Below are positions 33,084-42,437 of a DNA stretch of 62,290 nt, piece by piece. The position numbers and the translations under genes were made by a program. The stretch's first letter is position 1, and the number at the start of each line of letters is the position of its first letter. The stretch comes from an uncultured Dehalococcoidales bacterium (GTDB taxonomy: Bacteria; Chloroflexota; Dehalococcoidia; GIF9; AB-539-J10). The notes under the pieces are model-generated. The model searched no databases, had not been told where the DNA came from, and saw only the letters and a list, made by a program, of their open reading frames with translations. The stretch lies in assembly GCA_964561465.1 (NCBI GenBank), contig CAZLPP010000003.1, positions 1-62,290 on the forward strand, read 5' to 3'.

Positions 33084-34091
33084 TCACCCGGCTCCGGACG
33101 CGAAGAGATAGTAGGCCACCCCTATGTACGTTGCTACGAGCAGCGGACCGTACCAGCTCACGCGGCCCACGACGTAGTTGTCGCGCGGCCGGGAGATGGC
33201 AAGCGACACGATGAGTGTCATCACCAGCGCCGCGATGACCACAACCAGGTTCTCCTGGGATGTGGTTGCGAGCAGTGAGCCACGAATGTAGAACAGGTCG
33301 ACGAGTCCAATCATCGCGGTGTCGAGCATGTTGGCCCCCAGTATGTCGCCCAGCGCGATGTCCGGCACGCCCATTCGGACGGCCGAGATGCTAACGACTA
33401 TTTCCGGAGCCGATGTGGCGATGGCGAGGAAGAGGTTGCCGACGAAGCTCGTGCCCCACCCGGTCACTTCGGCGATCTTGTCGCCCGTGAACGAGAGCCA
33501 GATGCCTGCCGCGACTACGACGGCGGCGGCAAGGTAGAAGCGAAGCAGGACGCCCCGCAGGGTGAGGTGGCCGTAGCGCTCGGTCGAGTCCTGCACCTCG
33601 CCTCTTGCATGACGGCGTTCCGCCATGAGGATCTGGCGCACGGCCAGCGGATACAGCACCAGGAGCAATGCTCCTGGGGGGCTGAGCCAGCCGAGCGAGG
33701 GCATCGCGATCCTGGGCGCCAGGTAGAGGCCGAGTCCCGCAACGGTGATGAGGACGATTCCCCATCGCGCACCGGGCAACTGCCGCGAGCTGACCTGGCT
33801 CAGGGCAGGGATGCGCTGCTTGTTCAGCACGTCAAGGATGGCGACGATGGTGAGGTTGAAGCACACGCTGCCCAGTAGCGTTCCGAAGGCGAGATCGGCG
33901 GAGCCCACGAGAGCGGCGGAGCTGATGCCGGTTGCCATCTCGGGCATTGCCGTGATGGTCGCCACGAGCGCGATGCCTATCCAGATGCGGCCGAGGTGTG
34001 TCTTCTCCGAGATGGCGTCCGCATACTTCGTCAGCCGCGTGCCGGCAGCCAGGATTGCGGCGAGGCAGAGCAGGAACTGGATCCAGACCAA
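33084..34091 (-). CDS. Ca2+/cation antiporter (CaCA, YrbG-like) family membrane protein
   Basis: Two internal alpha-repeat-like blocks (GTLLGSVCFNLTIV and LGDILGANMLD) and about 10 hydrophobic helices. TTG start at 34091. Confidence 0.6.
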   Translation of the reverse strand: MVWIQFLLCLAAILAAGTRLTKYADAISEKTHLGRIWIGIALVATITAMPEMATGISSAALVGSADLAFGTLLGSVCFNLTIVAILDVLNKQRIPALSQVSSRQLPGARWGIVLITVAGLGLYLAPRIAMPSLGWLSPPGALLLVLYPLAVRQILMAERRHARGEVQDSTERYGHLTLRGVLLRFYLAAAVVVAAGIWLSFTGDKIAEVTGWGTSFVGNLFLAIATSAPEIVVSISAVRMGVPDIALGDILGANMLDTAMIGLVDLFYIRGSLLATTSQENLVVVIAALVMTLIVSLAISRPRDNYVVGRVSWYGPLLVATYIGVAYYLFASGAG

Positions 34092-34152
34092 AGTGGGCGC
34101 ATTCTAGCACGGCGCCATTGGGCCAGAAAGGTCTGGTACGTGGGTCGACCTA

Positions 34153-34161
34153 TGGTATAAT
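34153..34161 (+). promoter_or_regulatory. Extended -10 element TGgTATAAT upstream of the tRNA-Ser pair
   Basis: TATAAT at 34156-34161 with TG at 34153-34154. The tRNA 5' end is 11 nt downstream of the hexamer. Confidence 0.55.
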
Positions 34162-34172
34162 GGCCGCCGTTT

Positions 34173-34257
34173 GGAGAGGTGACCGAGTGGCTGATGGTGC
34201 CGCTCTCGAAAAGCGGTGTGCAGCAATGCACCGTGGGTTCAAATCCCACCCTCTCCG
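34173..34257 (+). tRNA. tRNA-Ser (anticodon CGA), CCA not encoded
   Basis: GGAGAGG...CCGCT CTCGAAA AGCGG + long variable arm + TGGG TTCAAAT CCCA CCCTCTCC G. The following bases are CGG. Confidence 0.9.
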
Positions 34258-34262
34258 CGGAC

Positions 34263-34350
<88 letters not shown>

Positions 34351-34453
34351 CAGTGTTGCCCCGGTGTGGCGTCCCCTTCCTACCGTGCACTGAGTCTGCC
34401 CCCTGACGTCGTTCCTGCCGAGCGCCGCGAAAGACCGCGTGGCTCCGGGCGTG

Positions 34454-34462
34454 TGCTACAAT
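34454..34462 (+). promoter_or_regulatory. Extended -10 element TGcTACAAT upstream of dprA
   Basis: TACAAT at 34457-34462 preceded by TG at 34454-34455, about 25 nt before the dprA ATG. Confidence 0.4.
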
Positions 34463-34486
34463 CCGCGCTCGGCTCCGTATCCTGAG

Positions 34487-35590
34487 ATGGAAGAACTCGC
34501 CTACTGGATTGCACTATCGCGCGTCGCGGGCATTGGACGCGCCCGCCTCCGCCGGCTGAAGGAGTGCTTCGGCACGCTCGACCGGGCCTGGGGAGCTTCC
34601 GAAGAACGATTGAGGTCGGCGGGCCTGGACGACAGGACGATTGAACACCTGCTGCAGGTGAGAACAAGCCTCAGCCCGGACGGGGAAACGGACCGGCTGA
34701 AGCAATGCGGCATCCAGGCGCTGACGGTGGACGACGAGCGCTATCCGGCACGGCTGCGGGAGGCGCCCGACGGTCCTGCCGTGCTGTACGTGAGGGGGAA
34801 CCTGCCGCCCGACTCAGCGACACTCGTCGCGGTTGTTGGCACACGACGCCCTACTTCGTACGGGCGACAGGCCGCAGTGGAGCTGGTCGATGGGCTCGTC
34901 GGTCGCGGCCTGGTCATCGTGAGCGGCCTCGCCATCGGCATCGACACCATCGCCCACCGGGAGACCCTCGAACGTGGGGGCACAACTGTCGCCGTGCTCG
35001 CCTCAGGGCTCGATCTGGTGTACCCTGCTGAGAACCTGGCGCTGGCGCAGCGGATCGCGGCAAACGGTGCGCTTGTGAGCGAGTATCCGCCCGGTGTGAA
35101 GCCGCGGCCCGAGAGCTTCCTGCTCCGAAACCGGATCATGAGCGGATTGAGCGCAGGCGTGGTGGTGATAGAAGCCGGAGAGCGCAGCGGGGCCCTGCGC
35201 ACGGCCCACGCGGCCGTCGACCAGAACCGCGAGGTCTTCGCGGTGCCGGGCAGCATCTTCTCGAGTCAGAGCCACGGGACGAATCGCCTCATCCAGGAGG
35301 GGGCGAAGCTCGTCAGGTCTGTAGACGACGTCCTCATCGAGTTTGGCATGGAGGCGGCGATGCCTGAGTTGTGCCCGTCGCTGCCGGCACAGGCCGACGC
35401 GGTGCAGGTACGCCTTCTCGCCGCAATGGGCTCCACGCCGGTCCATGCGGATGACCTGGCGCGGGAGTTGATGCTGCCGAGCGGCGATGTCTCGGCGGCG
35501 CTCACCTTGCTCGAGTTGCAGGGTCTCGTGCAGGATGTCGGAAGCATGCAGTACGTCGTATCACCCCGCTGGAGGATGGTCGCCTCGTGA
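34487..35590 (+). CDS. dprA: DNA-processing protein DprA (Smf)
   Basis: MEELAYWIALSRVAGIGRARLRRL..., VAVVGTRRPTSYG, IVSGLAIGIDTIAHR, NRIMSGLS, GALRTA. The stop overlaps the topA GTG (GTGA). Confidence 0.9.
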   Translation: MEELAYWIALSRVAGIGRARLRRLKECFGTLDRAWGASEERLRSAGLDDRTIEHLLQVRTSLSPDGETDRLKQCGIQALTVDDERYPARLREAPDGPAVLYVRGNLPPDSATLVAVVGTRRPTSYGRQAAVELVDGLVGRGLVIVSGLAIGIDTIAHRETLERGGTTVAVLASGLDLVYPAENLALAQRIAANGALVSEYPPGVKPRPESFLLRNRIMSGLSAGVVVIEAGERSGALRTAHAAVDQNREVFAVPGSIFSSQSHGTNRLIQEGAKLVRSVDDVLIEFGMEAAMPELCPSLPAQADAVQVRLLAAMGSTPVHADDLARELMLPSGDVSAALTLLELQGLVQDVGSMQYVVSPRWRMVAS

Positions 35591-37734
35591 AGAAAGGTCT
35601 GGTTGTCGTCGAGTCGCCCGCAAAGGCGAGGACCATCGGCCGAATCCTCGGCCGGAACTACACTGTGCTCGCCTCCCTGGGTCACATCCGGGATCTTCCC
35701 AAGAGCAAGCTCGGCGTAGACGTCGAGCACGGCTTCGAGCCGCAGTACGTGGTGCCGAAGGCCAAGTCGAAGGTCGTGTCGGAGATACGGGAGGCCGCGA
35801 CGAAAGCGGACGCCGTTTACCTCGCGACTGACCCGGATCGTGAGGGTGAAGCCATATCATGGCACCTCATCGCGGCAGCGAAGCTCGAGAGTGGCGGCCG
35901 TTCGCTGCAGCGTGTCGTCTTCCACGAGATAACGTCGGAGGCCGTCACCAGAGCGTTCAAGAATCCCCGCGACATCGATATGCACCTGGTAGAAGCGCAG
36001 CAGGCGCGCCGGGTGCTCGACCGGCTCGTCGGCTACAAGCTGAGCCCGCTTTTGTGGAAGAAGGTGCAGCGGGGCCTTTCTGCCGGGCGCGTGCAGTCGG
36101 TAGCGGTTCGGCTCATCGTCGACCGCGAGCGGGAGATTGAGGCGTTCGTCGCCGAGGAGTTCTGGATACTGCGCGTCAAGCTGACGCGGCCCGGAGGTCA
36201 GGATCCCTTCTGGGCGAAGGTCGTGGCGCTGCGGGACGGTAAGAAGCTGACCGTCGGCACGGAAGCGGCGGCGGTGGCGACCCTGAGCCAGCTTGTCTCC
36301 GCGACCTACGCCGTTGCGGACGTGACGACGAAGAGCGTGCCGCACAAGCCGGCTGCGCCGTTCACCACCTCGACGTTGCAGCAGGAGGCGTCCCGGCGGC
36401 TCCGCTTCACTGCCAGCCAGACCATGGCGGTTGCACAGCAACTGTACGAAGGGGTTTCCCTCGGTAAGGGAGACTCCGTCGGCCTCATCACCTACATGCG
36501 CACGGACTCGCCGCACCTTGCCGCGGGAGCCGTGTCCGAGATTCGCGACTTCATCGGTTCGGAGTTCGGCCCTGAGTACGTGCCCTCCAGGCCGCACCGC
36601 TATACGAGCAAGAGCAAGTTCGCCCAGGAAGCACACGAGGCGATTCGTCCCACCGGCATCACCAACACTCCCGAGCGACTGAAGGCGTTTCTCGATGCGA
36701 GGCAACTCAAGCTCTACACGCTCATCTGGCAGCGTGCCATCGCCAGCCAGATGTCTCCGTCCGTGTACGAGAACGTTACCGTCTCGGTCGATGCGGCAAC
36801 GACGGGCAGCGGTGGTTTCCTCTTGGAGGCCGTGAGCTCTCGCTGCACGTTCCAGGGCTTCGAGAGGCTCTACCGCGAACGCTCGGACGAAGCCGAGCAG
36901 GGAGAAGACGAGGGGTTGCAGCTTCCCGAGCTGAAACAGGGTGAGAGACTGGCCTATGCCGGTTCGGACAAGGAGCAGAAGTTCACGCAGCCTCCCGCCC
37001 GGTACACCGAGGCAACGCTCGTCAGAGCGCTGGAGCAGAAGGGCATCGGCAGGCCGAGCACGTATGCACCCACCCTGTCGGTCATCCAGTACCGGGAGTA
37101 CGTGATGAAGGAGGCGGGGCGTTTCCGTCCGACCAAGCTCGGCCTTGTCGTCAACGACCTCCTCAGCGAGCATTTCCCGCGTATCGTCGATGTCGGCTTC
37201 ACTGCTAAGATGGAGACGCAGCTTGACGACGTGGCGCAGGGCGAGCGGGATTGGGTCTCAGTCGTCAGCGACTTCTACCAGCCGTTCTCGGCCGAGCTTC
37301 AAGGCGCGGAGGACAGGATTGCGCACGTCAACGTCACGGAGCCCACTGACGAAGTGTGCCCCAATTGCGGCAAGCCGATGGTGGTAAGGACCGGGCGGTT
37401 CGGCAGATTCGTGGCCTGCAGCGGCTATCCGGAGTGCAAGACAACAAAGAAGCTTTCCGTGTCCACCGGAGCTCACTGCCCCGAGTGCGGCGCGGACATC
37501 GTCGTGAAGCGCTCCAAGAAGGGCAAGACCTTCTATGGCTGCAGTCGCTACCCGGCATGCACCTTTGCGATGCCGCGGAAGCCGGTGGCGACGCCGTGCC
37601 CGAAGTGCGGGAAGGTGCAGGTGCCGTACGGCAAGAGCAAGACGAAGTGCCTGAGCTGCGGCGCCGTGACACTGGTGGCCTCTGCAGCCGCGTCAGCGGA
37701 GGACGAGGAGGGTGCGCAACACGCGGATGCCTGA
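35587..37734 (+). CDS. topA: DNA topoisomerase I
   Basis: LVVVESPAKARTIGRIL (Toprim), GHIRDLP, YLATDPDREGEAISWH, ITYMRTDS active-site Tyr block, C-terminal CxxC zinc ribbons. Confidence 0.95.
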   Translation: MKKGLVVVESPAKARTIGRILGRNYTVLASLGHIRDLPKSKLGVDVEHGFEPQYVVPKAKSKVVSEIREAATKADAVYLATDPDREGEAISWHLIAAAKLESGGRSLQRVVFHEITSEAVTRAFKNPRDIDMHLVEAQQARRVLDRLVGYKLSPLLWKKVQRGLSAGRVQSVAVRLIVDREREIEAFVAEEFWILRVKLTRPGGQDPFWAKVVALRDGKKLTVGTEAAAVATLSQLVSATYAVADVTTKSVPHKPAAPFTTSTLQQEASRRLRFTASQTMAVAQQLYEGVSLGKGDSVGLITYMRTDSPHLAAGAVSEIRDFIGSEFGPEYVPSRPHRYTSKSKFAQEAHEAIRPTGITNTPERLKAFLDARQLKLYTLIWQRAIASQMSPSVYENVTVSVDAATTGSGGFLLEAVSSRCTFQGFERLYRERSDEAEQGEDEGLQLPELKQGERLAYAGSDKEQKFTQPPARYTEATLVRALEQKGIGRPSTYAPTLSVIQYREYVMKEAGRFRPTKLGLVVNDLLSEHFPRIVDVGFTAKMETQLDDVAQGERDWVSVVSDFYQPFSAELQGAEDRIAHVNVTEPTDEVCPNCGKPMVVRTGRFGRFVACSGYPECKTTKKLSVSTGAHCPECGADIVVKRSKKGKTFYGCSRYPACTFAMPRKPVATPCPKCGKVQVPYGKSKTKCLSCGAVTLVASAAASAEDEEGAQHADA

Positions 37735-38827
37735 CTACGGCGCCAGAGTGGGGCGACTTCGCGCGTCACTTCGGGACCGGAGATGCCACGCTCTTGTGGT
37801 CTCCTGTCCTGAGAACGTCCGCTACCTTGTCGGTTTCGCGGGTTCGTCCGGATGGCTTCTGGTCTCGCAGGGGGACCTCGTGCTTGCCACGGATGCCCGG
37901 TACATCGAGCAGGCCTCGGCGCAGATACCGTGCGGCCGCGCAGCGCTGGCCGCAAGAGGGCTGGTCGACTACGCAGTGGACTACGCCGGCGAGCATCGGC
38001 TGGAGGCCATCTGCTTTGAGTCGGACTACCTCACCTGCTCCAGCTTCGCGGCGCTGGAAGCCGGGCTGCACAAGTCGGACTCCGGCTGCCGGTTGATGCC
38101 GACGACGGGACTCGTCGAATCTCTTCGGGAGGTGAAGGATGACTTCGAGCTCGAGGCGATTCGCCGGGCCGCTGTGCTTGCAGACGGCGCCGTGCGTCAC
38201 GCGCGGAGGCTGCTGCGACCCGGCCTGACCGAGGTGGAGCTGGCGTGGCGTCTCGAGCGCTGGCTTCGCGAGCACGGTAGCGGGCCTATGCCGTTCGAAA
38301 TCATCGTTGCTTCCGGACCGAATGCCTCACTGCCCCACGCGACACCGAGCGAACGTGCCATCAGAGAGGGCGAACCCGTCGTCATCGATCTTGGCGCGAC
38401 GGTGGACGGGTATTGCAGCGACATCACCCGAACGTTGTTCCTGTCACGCATCGATGCACCGTTCGACCGCATCTATGGGGCGGTGCTCGCGGCGCAGTGC
38501 GGGACCATCGAGCGTCTGGCCGCCGGCATGCCCGGTCAGGCTGCCGATGCGCTGGCCCGTCAGTCTCTCGCGACCGCCGGGTACGGCGAACTGTTCGGCC
38601 ACGGGTTGGGTCACGGCGTCGGCCTTGAGATACACGAGCGCCCGACGGTCAACGCCAGGTCGAGCGGTCCCCTGCTTGACGGCATGACCTTCACGGTGGA
38701 GCCCGGCGTTTATGTTCCCGGACAGGGTGGTGTTAGAATTGAGGACACTGTGGTTCTGCGGGACGGAAGAGCGGAGCAACTGACTCACGCCGCCAAGGGC
38801 GACCCGGTGGTGGGTGTCCGTTGCTGA
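37727..38827 (+). CDS. M24 family Xaa-Pro aminopeptidase/dipeptidase
   Basis: Creatinase-like N-domain, then GEPVVIDLGATVDGYCSDITRT, GHGLGHGVGLEIHE, VEPGVY, GGVRIEDTV. The ATG at 37727 overlaps the topA end by 8 nt. Confidence 0.85.
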   Translation: MPDYGARVGRLRASLRDRRCHALVVSCPENVRYLVGFAGSSGWLLVSQGDLVLATDARYIEQASAQIPCGRAALAARGLVDYAVDYAGEHRLEAICFESDYLTCSSFAALEAGLHKSDSGCRLMPTTGLVESLREVKDDFELEAIRRAAVLADGAVRHARRLLRPGLTEVELAWRLERWLREHGSGPMPFEIIVASGPNASLPHATPSERAIREGEPVVIDLGATVDGYCSDITRTLFLSRIDAPFDRIYGAVLAAQCGTIERLAAGMPGQAADALARQSLATAGYGELFGHGLGHGVGLEIHERPTVNARSSGPLLDGMTFTVEPGVYVPGQGGVRIEDTVVLRDGRAEQLTHAAKGDPVVGVRC

Positions 38828-38923
38828 CGCCCGCGGGGTCCGATGTGCACGATGAACCAGCGCCCCGCGAGGGCGCTGAGTGGTTTTCACGGTCAGGGAT
38901 GTCGCTGCTGAAAGGAGTCGTAC

Positions 38924-39484
38924 ATGATAGACGCAGGTGAGTTGCGGAAGGGCATCGCAATCGAGCTTGAGGGCAAGATATATCAGGTGGTGGACTTCCA
39001 GCACATCAAGATGGGCCGTGGGTCGGCCCAGGTGAAGCTGAAGCTCCGCGACATACGGGGCGGAGGCGTGATTGAGCGCGGCTGGCAGTCGACGGAGCGA
39101 TTCGTGCCCGCCTTCCTCGAGCACCGGCCGGCGCAGTTCCTCTACGCGGACGGCGGCGCATACTGCTTCATGGACAATGAGACCTACGAGCAGTTCGAGC
39201 TTCAGGCCGACCAGATAGGCGACGCGGTGCGATTCCTGAAGGAAGGGTTCGTGGTGGACGTCCTCCGCCACGCTGGGAGCCTCGTCAGCGTGGAGTTGCC
39301 GACTGCTGTCAACCTTGAGGTGACGCAGACCGATCCCGGCTTCAAGGGGAACACGGCAACCGGCGGCTCGAAGCCGGCTACCCTCGAAACGGGTGCCGTC
39401 GTACAGGTGCCCCTGTTCATCGCCACCGGCGATGTCCTCAAGATCGACACGCGGACCGGAGAGTATCTCGAGAAGGCGTCGTGA
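38924..39484 (+). CDS. efp: Elongation factor P (Arg at the loop tip, residue 32)
   Basis: QHIKMGRGSAQVKLKLRD aligns with E. coli FVKPGKGQAFARVKLR. The codon at 39017-39019 is CGT (Arg32). Also DPGFKGNTATGGSKPATLETGAVVQVPLFI. Confidence 0.95.
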   Translation: MIDAGELRKGIAIELEGKIYQVVDFQHIKMGRGSAQVKLKLRDIRGGGVIERGWQSTERFVPAFLEHRPAQFLYADGGAYCFMDNETYEQFELQADQIGDAVRFLKEGFVVDVLRHAGSLVSVELPTAVNLEVTQTDPGFKGNTATGGSKPATLETGAVVQVPLFIATGDVLKIDTRTGEYLEKAS

Positions 39485-40188
39485 TCGCAGTCGACCTGCA
39501 CGTTCACACGTACCATTCTCCCGACAGCGACACGCCGGTGAGCGCCATCGCTCAGGCGTGTGCGACGACCGGCATCGACTGTGTCGCCATCACCGACCAC
39601 AACTGCATCGAGGGCGCCCTCGAATTGCAGCGTGCCGGAGCTGTGCGTGTCATCGTCGGCGAAGAGATACGCACCACAGCCGGCGAGCTGCTTGGTCTGT
39701 TCCTCTCGGAGCTTGTGCCTCCCGGCCTTGAGCCTCTCGAGACAATCGCGCGCGTGAGGGCGCAGGGAGGACTTGTCTGCATGCCGCATCCGTTCTCGCG
39801 CTGGCCTGTTGCGCGTCCGTTCTCGCTGGGCTACCGTAATGGCAGCACCTTCGTACCGGATGGCCGGCTTCAAAGGATGAATGGGCTGCTGACGCAGAAC
39901 GTGCTCCAGGCCGTCGACATGATCGAAGTCATGAACGCGAGGACGCCGTTCTCCAGCAACCTGACGGCCGCCCGTCACCTTGCGGAGCTGTGCTCGGTGC
40001 CGGGAACTGCCGGCAGCGATGCGCACACGGCACGGGAAATCGGCCGGGCGCGCACCGAGATGGCCGAGTTCTCGGACGCCGGAAGCTTCCTGGAGGCCAT
40101 GAGGGAGGCTCGCGCCACGGGCGTGCAGTCCAGCTTCCTGGTCCACTTCTCCAGCACCTGGGTCAAGCTGAGGAGGAAGGCGTGCTGA
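39481..40188 (+). CDS. PHP-domain metal-dependent phosphoesterase
   Basis: VIAVDLHVHTYHSPDSDT...ITDHN...MPHPF...GSDAHT. The GTG start overlaps the efp stop (GTGA). Confidence 0.8.
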   Translation: MIAVDLHVHTYHSPDSDTPVSAIAQACATTGIDCVAITDHNCIEGALELQRAGAVRVIVGEEIRTTAGELLGLFLSELVPPGLEPLETIARVRAQGGLVCMPHPFSRWPVARPFSLGYRNGSTFVPDGRLQRMNGLLTQNVLQAVDMIEVMNARTPFSSNLTAARHLAELCSVPGTAGSDAHTAREIGRARTEMAEFSDAGSFLEAMREARATGVQSSFLVHFSSTWVKLRRKAC

Positions 40189-40937
40189 GGCTGGGCTGGA
40201 TGTCCACGGGTCGCGGCCCCGGCTCTTTCGAGCTACTGCGCGTCACCTGCGAGAATATCGAGTCCGGGAAGCTCGACGCGCGTATCTCCTGTGTCATCTG
40301 CAATCGCGGGATGGGCGAAACCGAGCAGACCGACCGCTTCCTCAACTTCATCAGGTCCAAGGGGCTGCCGCTCGTGTCGGAATCCTCCAGCAGATTCCGC
40401 CGCGACTACGCCGGAGACGATTGGCGGACGGCATTCGACCGCGTCCTGGCGAGCGGCATCGAACGGTTCGAGGTTGACGTCATCTTCCTTGCCGGTTACA
40501 TGCTCATCGTGAGCGAGTTCCTCTGCACCCGCTACACGCTGCTGAACCTCCACCCGGCGCTGCCGGACGGTCCCAGGGGCGAGTGGCCGGAGGTGATGCA
40601 AGAGTTGGCGCGGACGGGGGCAATCAGGACTGGCGCCATGATTCACGTCGTCACGCCCGAGTTGGACCGGGGACCCGTGGCGACGTACTTCACCTTCCCG
40701 CTGACGGGCGAGCCTTATGATTCATTGCGGGCGTCGGGTGACACGGATGCGCTGGCGGATGCCATACGCAAGCAGGAGTTGCGCCGCGAGTTTCCGCTCA
40801 TACTGGCGACCCTCCGCTCCCTCGCGGCGGGCGACATCGTTGTCTCCGGGGGGCGTGTGCACAATCGTGCGCACGAACAGCTCACCGGAGGAATGGACCT
40901 GTCAGCGCAGGTCGAATGCGAGATCGCGCGTTCGTAG
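40182..40937 (+). CDS. Formyltransferase-fold protein (PurN-like N-terminal domain)
   Basis: RLGWMSTGRGPGS (like ..vl.SG.GSN), DVIFLAGYMLIV, LLNLHPALP, HVVTPELDRGP. The GTG at 40182 follows AGGAGGAAGG and overlaps the PHP gene end. Confidence 0.65.
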   Translation: MLRLGWMSTGRGPGSFELLRVTCENIESGKLDARISCVICNRGMGETEQTDRFLNFIRSKGLPLVSESSSRFRRDYAGDDWRTAFDRVLASGIERFEVDVIFLAGYMLIVSEFLCTRYTLLNLHPALPDGPRGEWPEVMQELARTGAIRTGAMIHVVTPELDRGPVATYFTFPLTGEPYDSLRASGDTDALADAIRKQELRREFPLILATLRSLAAGDIVVSGGRVHNRAHEQLTGGMDLSAQVECEIARS

Positions 40938-41008
40938 CGCCGTCCTCGGCCCACCTTCGTCCGGTTCTTCGGCTCGAAGCTCGTGCCTGAACTCTCGCGC
41001 AAACGAAA

Positions 41009-41041
41009 CGCGGGCCCGCCCCTTGTGAGGACGGTCCCGCG
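41009..41041 (-). terminator. Intrinsic terminator downstream of the FAD-oxidoreductase/Etf operon
   Basis: CGCGGGCCCG / CGGTCCCGCG stem (one mismatch). On the minus strand it is followed by TTTCGTTTG. Confidence 0.5.
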
Positions 41042-41062
41042 AGTCTGTCTCTGAAGCTGCGC

Positions 41063-42433
41063 TCAGGGGACGATGGCGGTATCCGGGTTCAGGATGTTGT
41101 TCGGGTCGAACGCCTTCTTGATGTCCCGCATGATCTGCTTCTGCCTCGGGTCCATGTACAAGTCGAGGTAGTGTATGCCCTTCTTGCCGATGCCGTGTTC
41201 GGCGGTGATGGTGCCGCCGAGGCGCATGGCAGCCGCGTAGACCTCCTCCTTGATGTTGTTGAGGAGACCGCGGTCGCCGATGTCCTTAACGAGGATGTGG
41301 TGGATGTTGCCGTCGCCGGCATGGCCGACGGCCGGTATCTTCACACCGTACTTGGCTGCAATCTTGTCGACCGCATCCATGAGGTTGCCTATCTCGCCCG
41401 GGGGGACTGCCGTATCGAGCGAATCGGCGTTGGGCGACACTGCGGATTGGACCTCGCTGCGGATCTTCAGGATGGCGGCCTGCTCCTCGCGGCGCTCAGC
41501 CATGAGGGTGTCCACGGCGCCGAACTTCTGGCAGATGTTGGAGACCTGCTCCGCCTGGAAATAGACCTCGTCCTCGTTTGCGCCGTTCAGGATGACTATG
41601 AGGTAGGCCTTGCCCTTGGGTGCGGGCCAGGTCATGCCGAGATACCTGGCGGTGAGGTCGACTATCTCGCGGTCCATGAACTCGATGGCGAGCGGGATTA
41701 TGCCCGCCTGGAGGATGGCAGGGACGGTGTTGATGGCATCGTTCCTGTTTTCGTACGAGATGACCATCGTCGCGGTGCCGGCGAAGCGGGGGTAGAGCCG
41801 GAGCGTGACCTTGGTGACAACGCCGAGGATGCCTTCGCTGTCGACCATCAGGTGAAGAAGGGGCAGCCCGGTGTTGCACTTGAGCAGCTTGCCGCCCATG
41901 GTGACGATCTCGCCGGTGGGCAGGACGACCTCGAGGCCCTTGACGTAGTTGCGCATGACGCCGAACTTGACGGCGCGCGCGCCGCCGGCGTTGCAGACGG
42001 CGAGGCCGCCAAGCTGCGCTCCCTCATCGCCAGGATGAGGCGGGAACGACATGTTCTGGGCGTCGGCTGCTTCGAGAAGCTGGCCGAGCGTGACCCCGGC
42101 CTCAACAACGGCCATCAGGTTGCGCGTGTCTATCTCCTCGATCTTGTCGAACCGCTCCATGGAGAGGACAATGCCGTCCTTCGTCGGGATGGCTCCGCCG
42201 GCCATGCCGGTGCCTCCGCCCCTGACGTAGACGGGAGTCTTCTCCCGGTTGGCCAGCTTGAGTATCGCGGATATCTCCTCCGCATTCGCGGGTTTGACGA
42301 CGATGACGTTGTCCGCTGCCTTCGGCATGACCGGCGGCGGCGTTGCATCCACCTTGTACGCTGCAGTCTGTTCCGCGCCGGTGACGACCCAGTCGCTGCC
42401 GATAATGTCTCTGAGGGCCTGTGCCGTGACCAT
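41063..42433 (-). CDS. FAD-binding oxidoreductase, GlcD / D-lactate dehydrogenase (LctD)-like
   Basis: VVKPANAEEISAILKLANREKTPVYVRGGGTGMAGGAIP (FAD_binding_4) and C-terminal GGTITAEHGIGKKG. Confidence 0.8.
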   Translation of the reverse strand: MVTAQALRDIIGSDWVVTGAEQTAAYKVDATPPPVMPKAADNVIVVKPANAEEISAILKLANREKTPVYVRGGGTGMAGGAIPTKDGIVLSMERFDKIEEIDTRNLMAVVEAGVTLGQLLEAADAQNMSFPPHPGDEGAQLGGLAVCNAGGARAVKFGVMRNYVKGLEVVLPTGEIVTMGGKLLKCNTGLPLLHLMVDSEGILGVVTKVTLRLYPRFAGTATMVISYENRNDAINTVPAILQAGIIPLAIEFMDREIVDLTARYLGMTWPAPKGKAYLIVILNGANEDEVYFQAEQVSNICQKFGAVDTLMAERREEQAAILKIRSEVQSAVSPNADSLDTAVPPGEIGNLMDAVDKIAAKYGVKIPAVGHAGDGNIHHILVKDIGDRGLLNNIKEEVYAAAMRLGGTITAEHGIGKKGIHYLDLYMDPRQKQIMRDIKKAFDPNNILNPDTAIVP

Positions 42434-42437
42434 GCTG

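Noticed and set aside
39481-40188. Considered whether the PHP protein is histidinol phosphatase, linked to the isolated hisF at 57.3 kb.
   Set aside because: The two genes are 17 kb apart in unrelated operons. The 235-aa protein lacks anything that lets me separate HisK-type from TrpH/YciV-type PHP enzymes by eye. No support.
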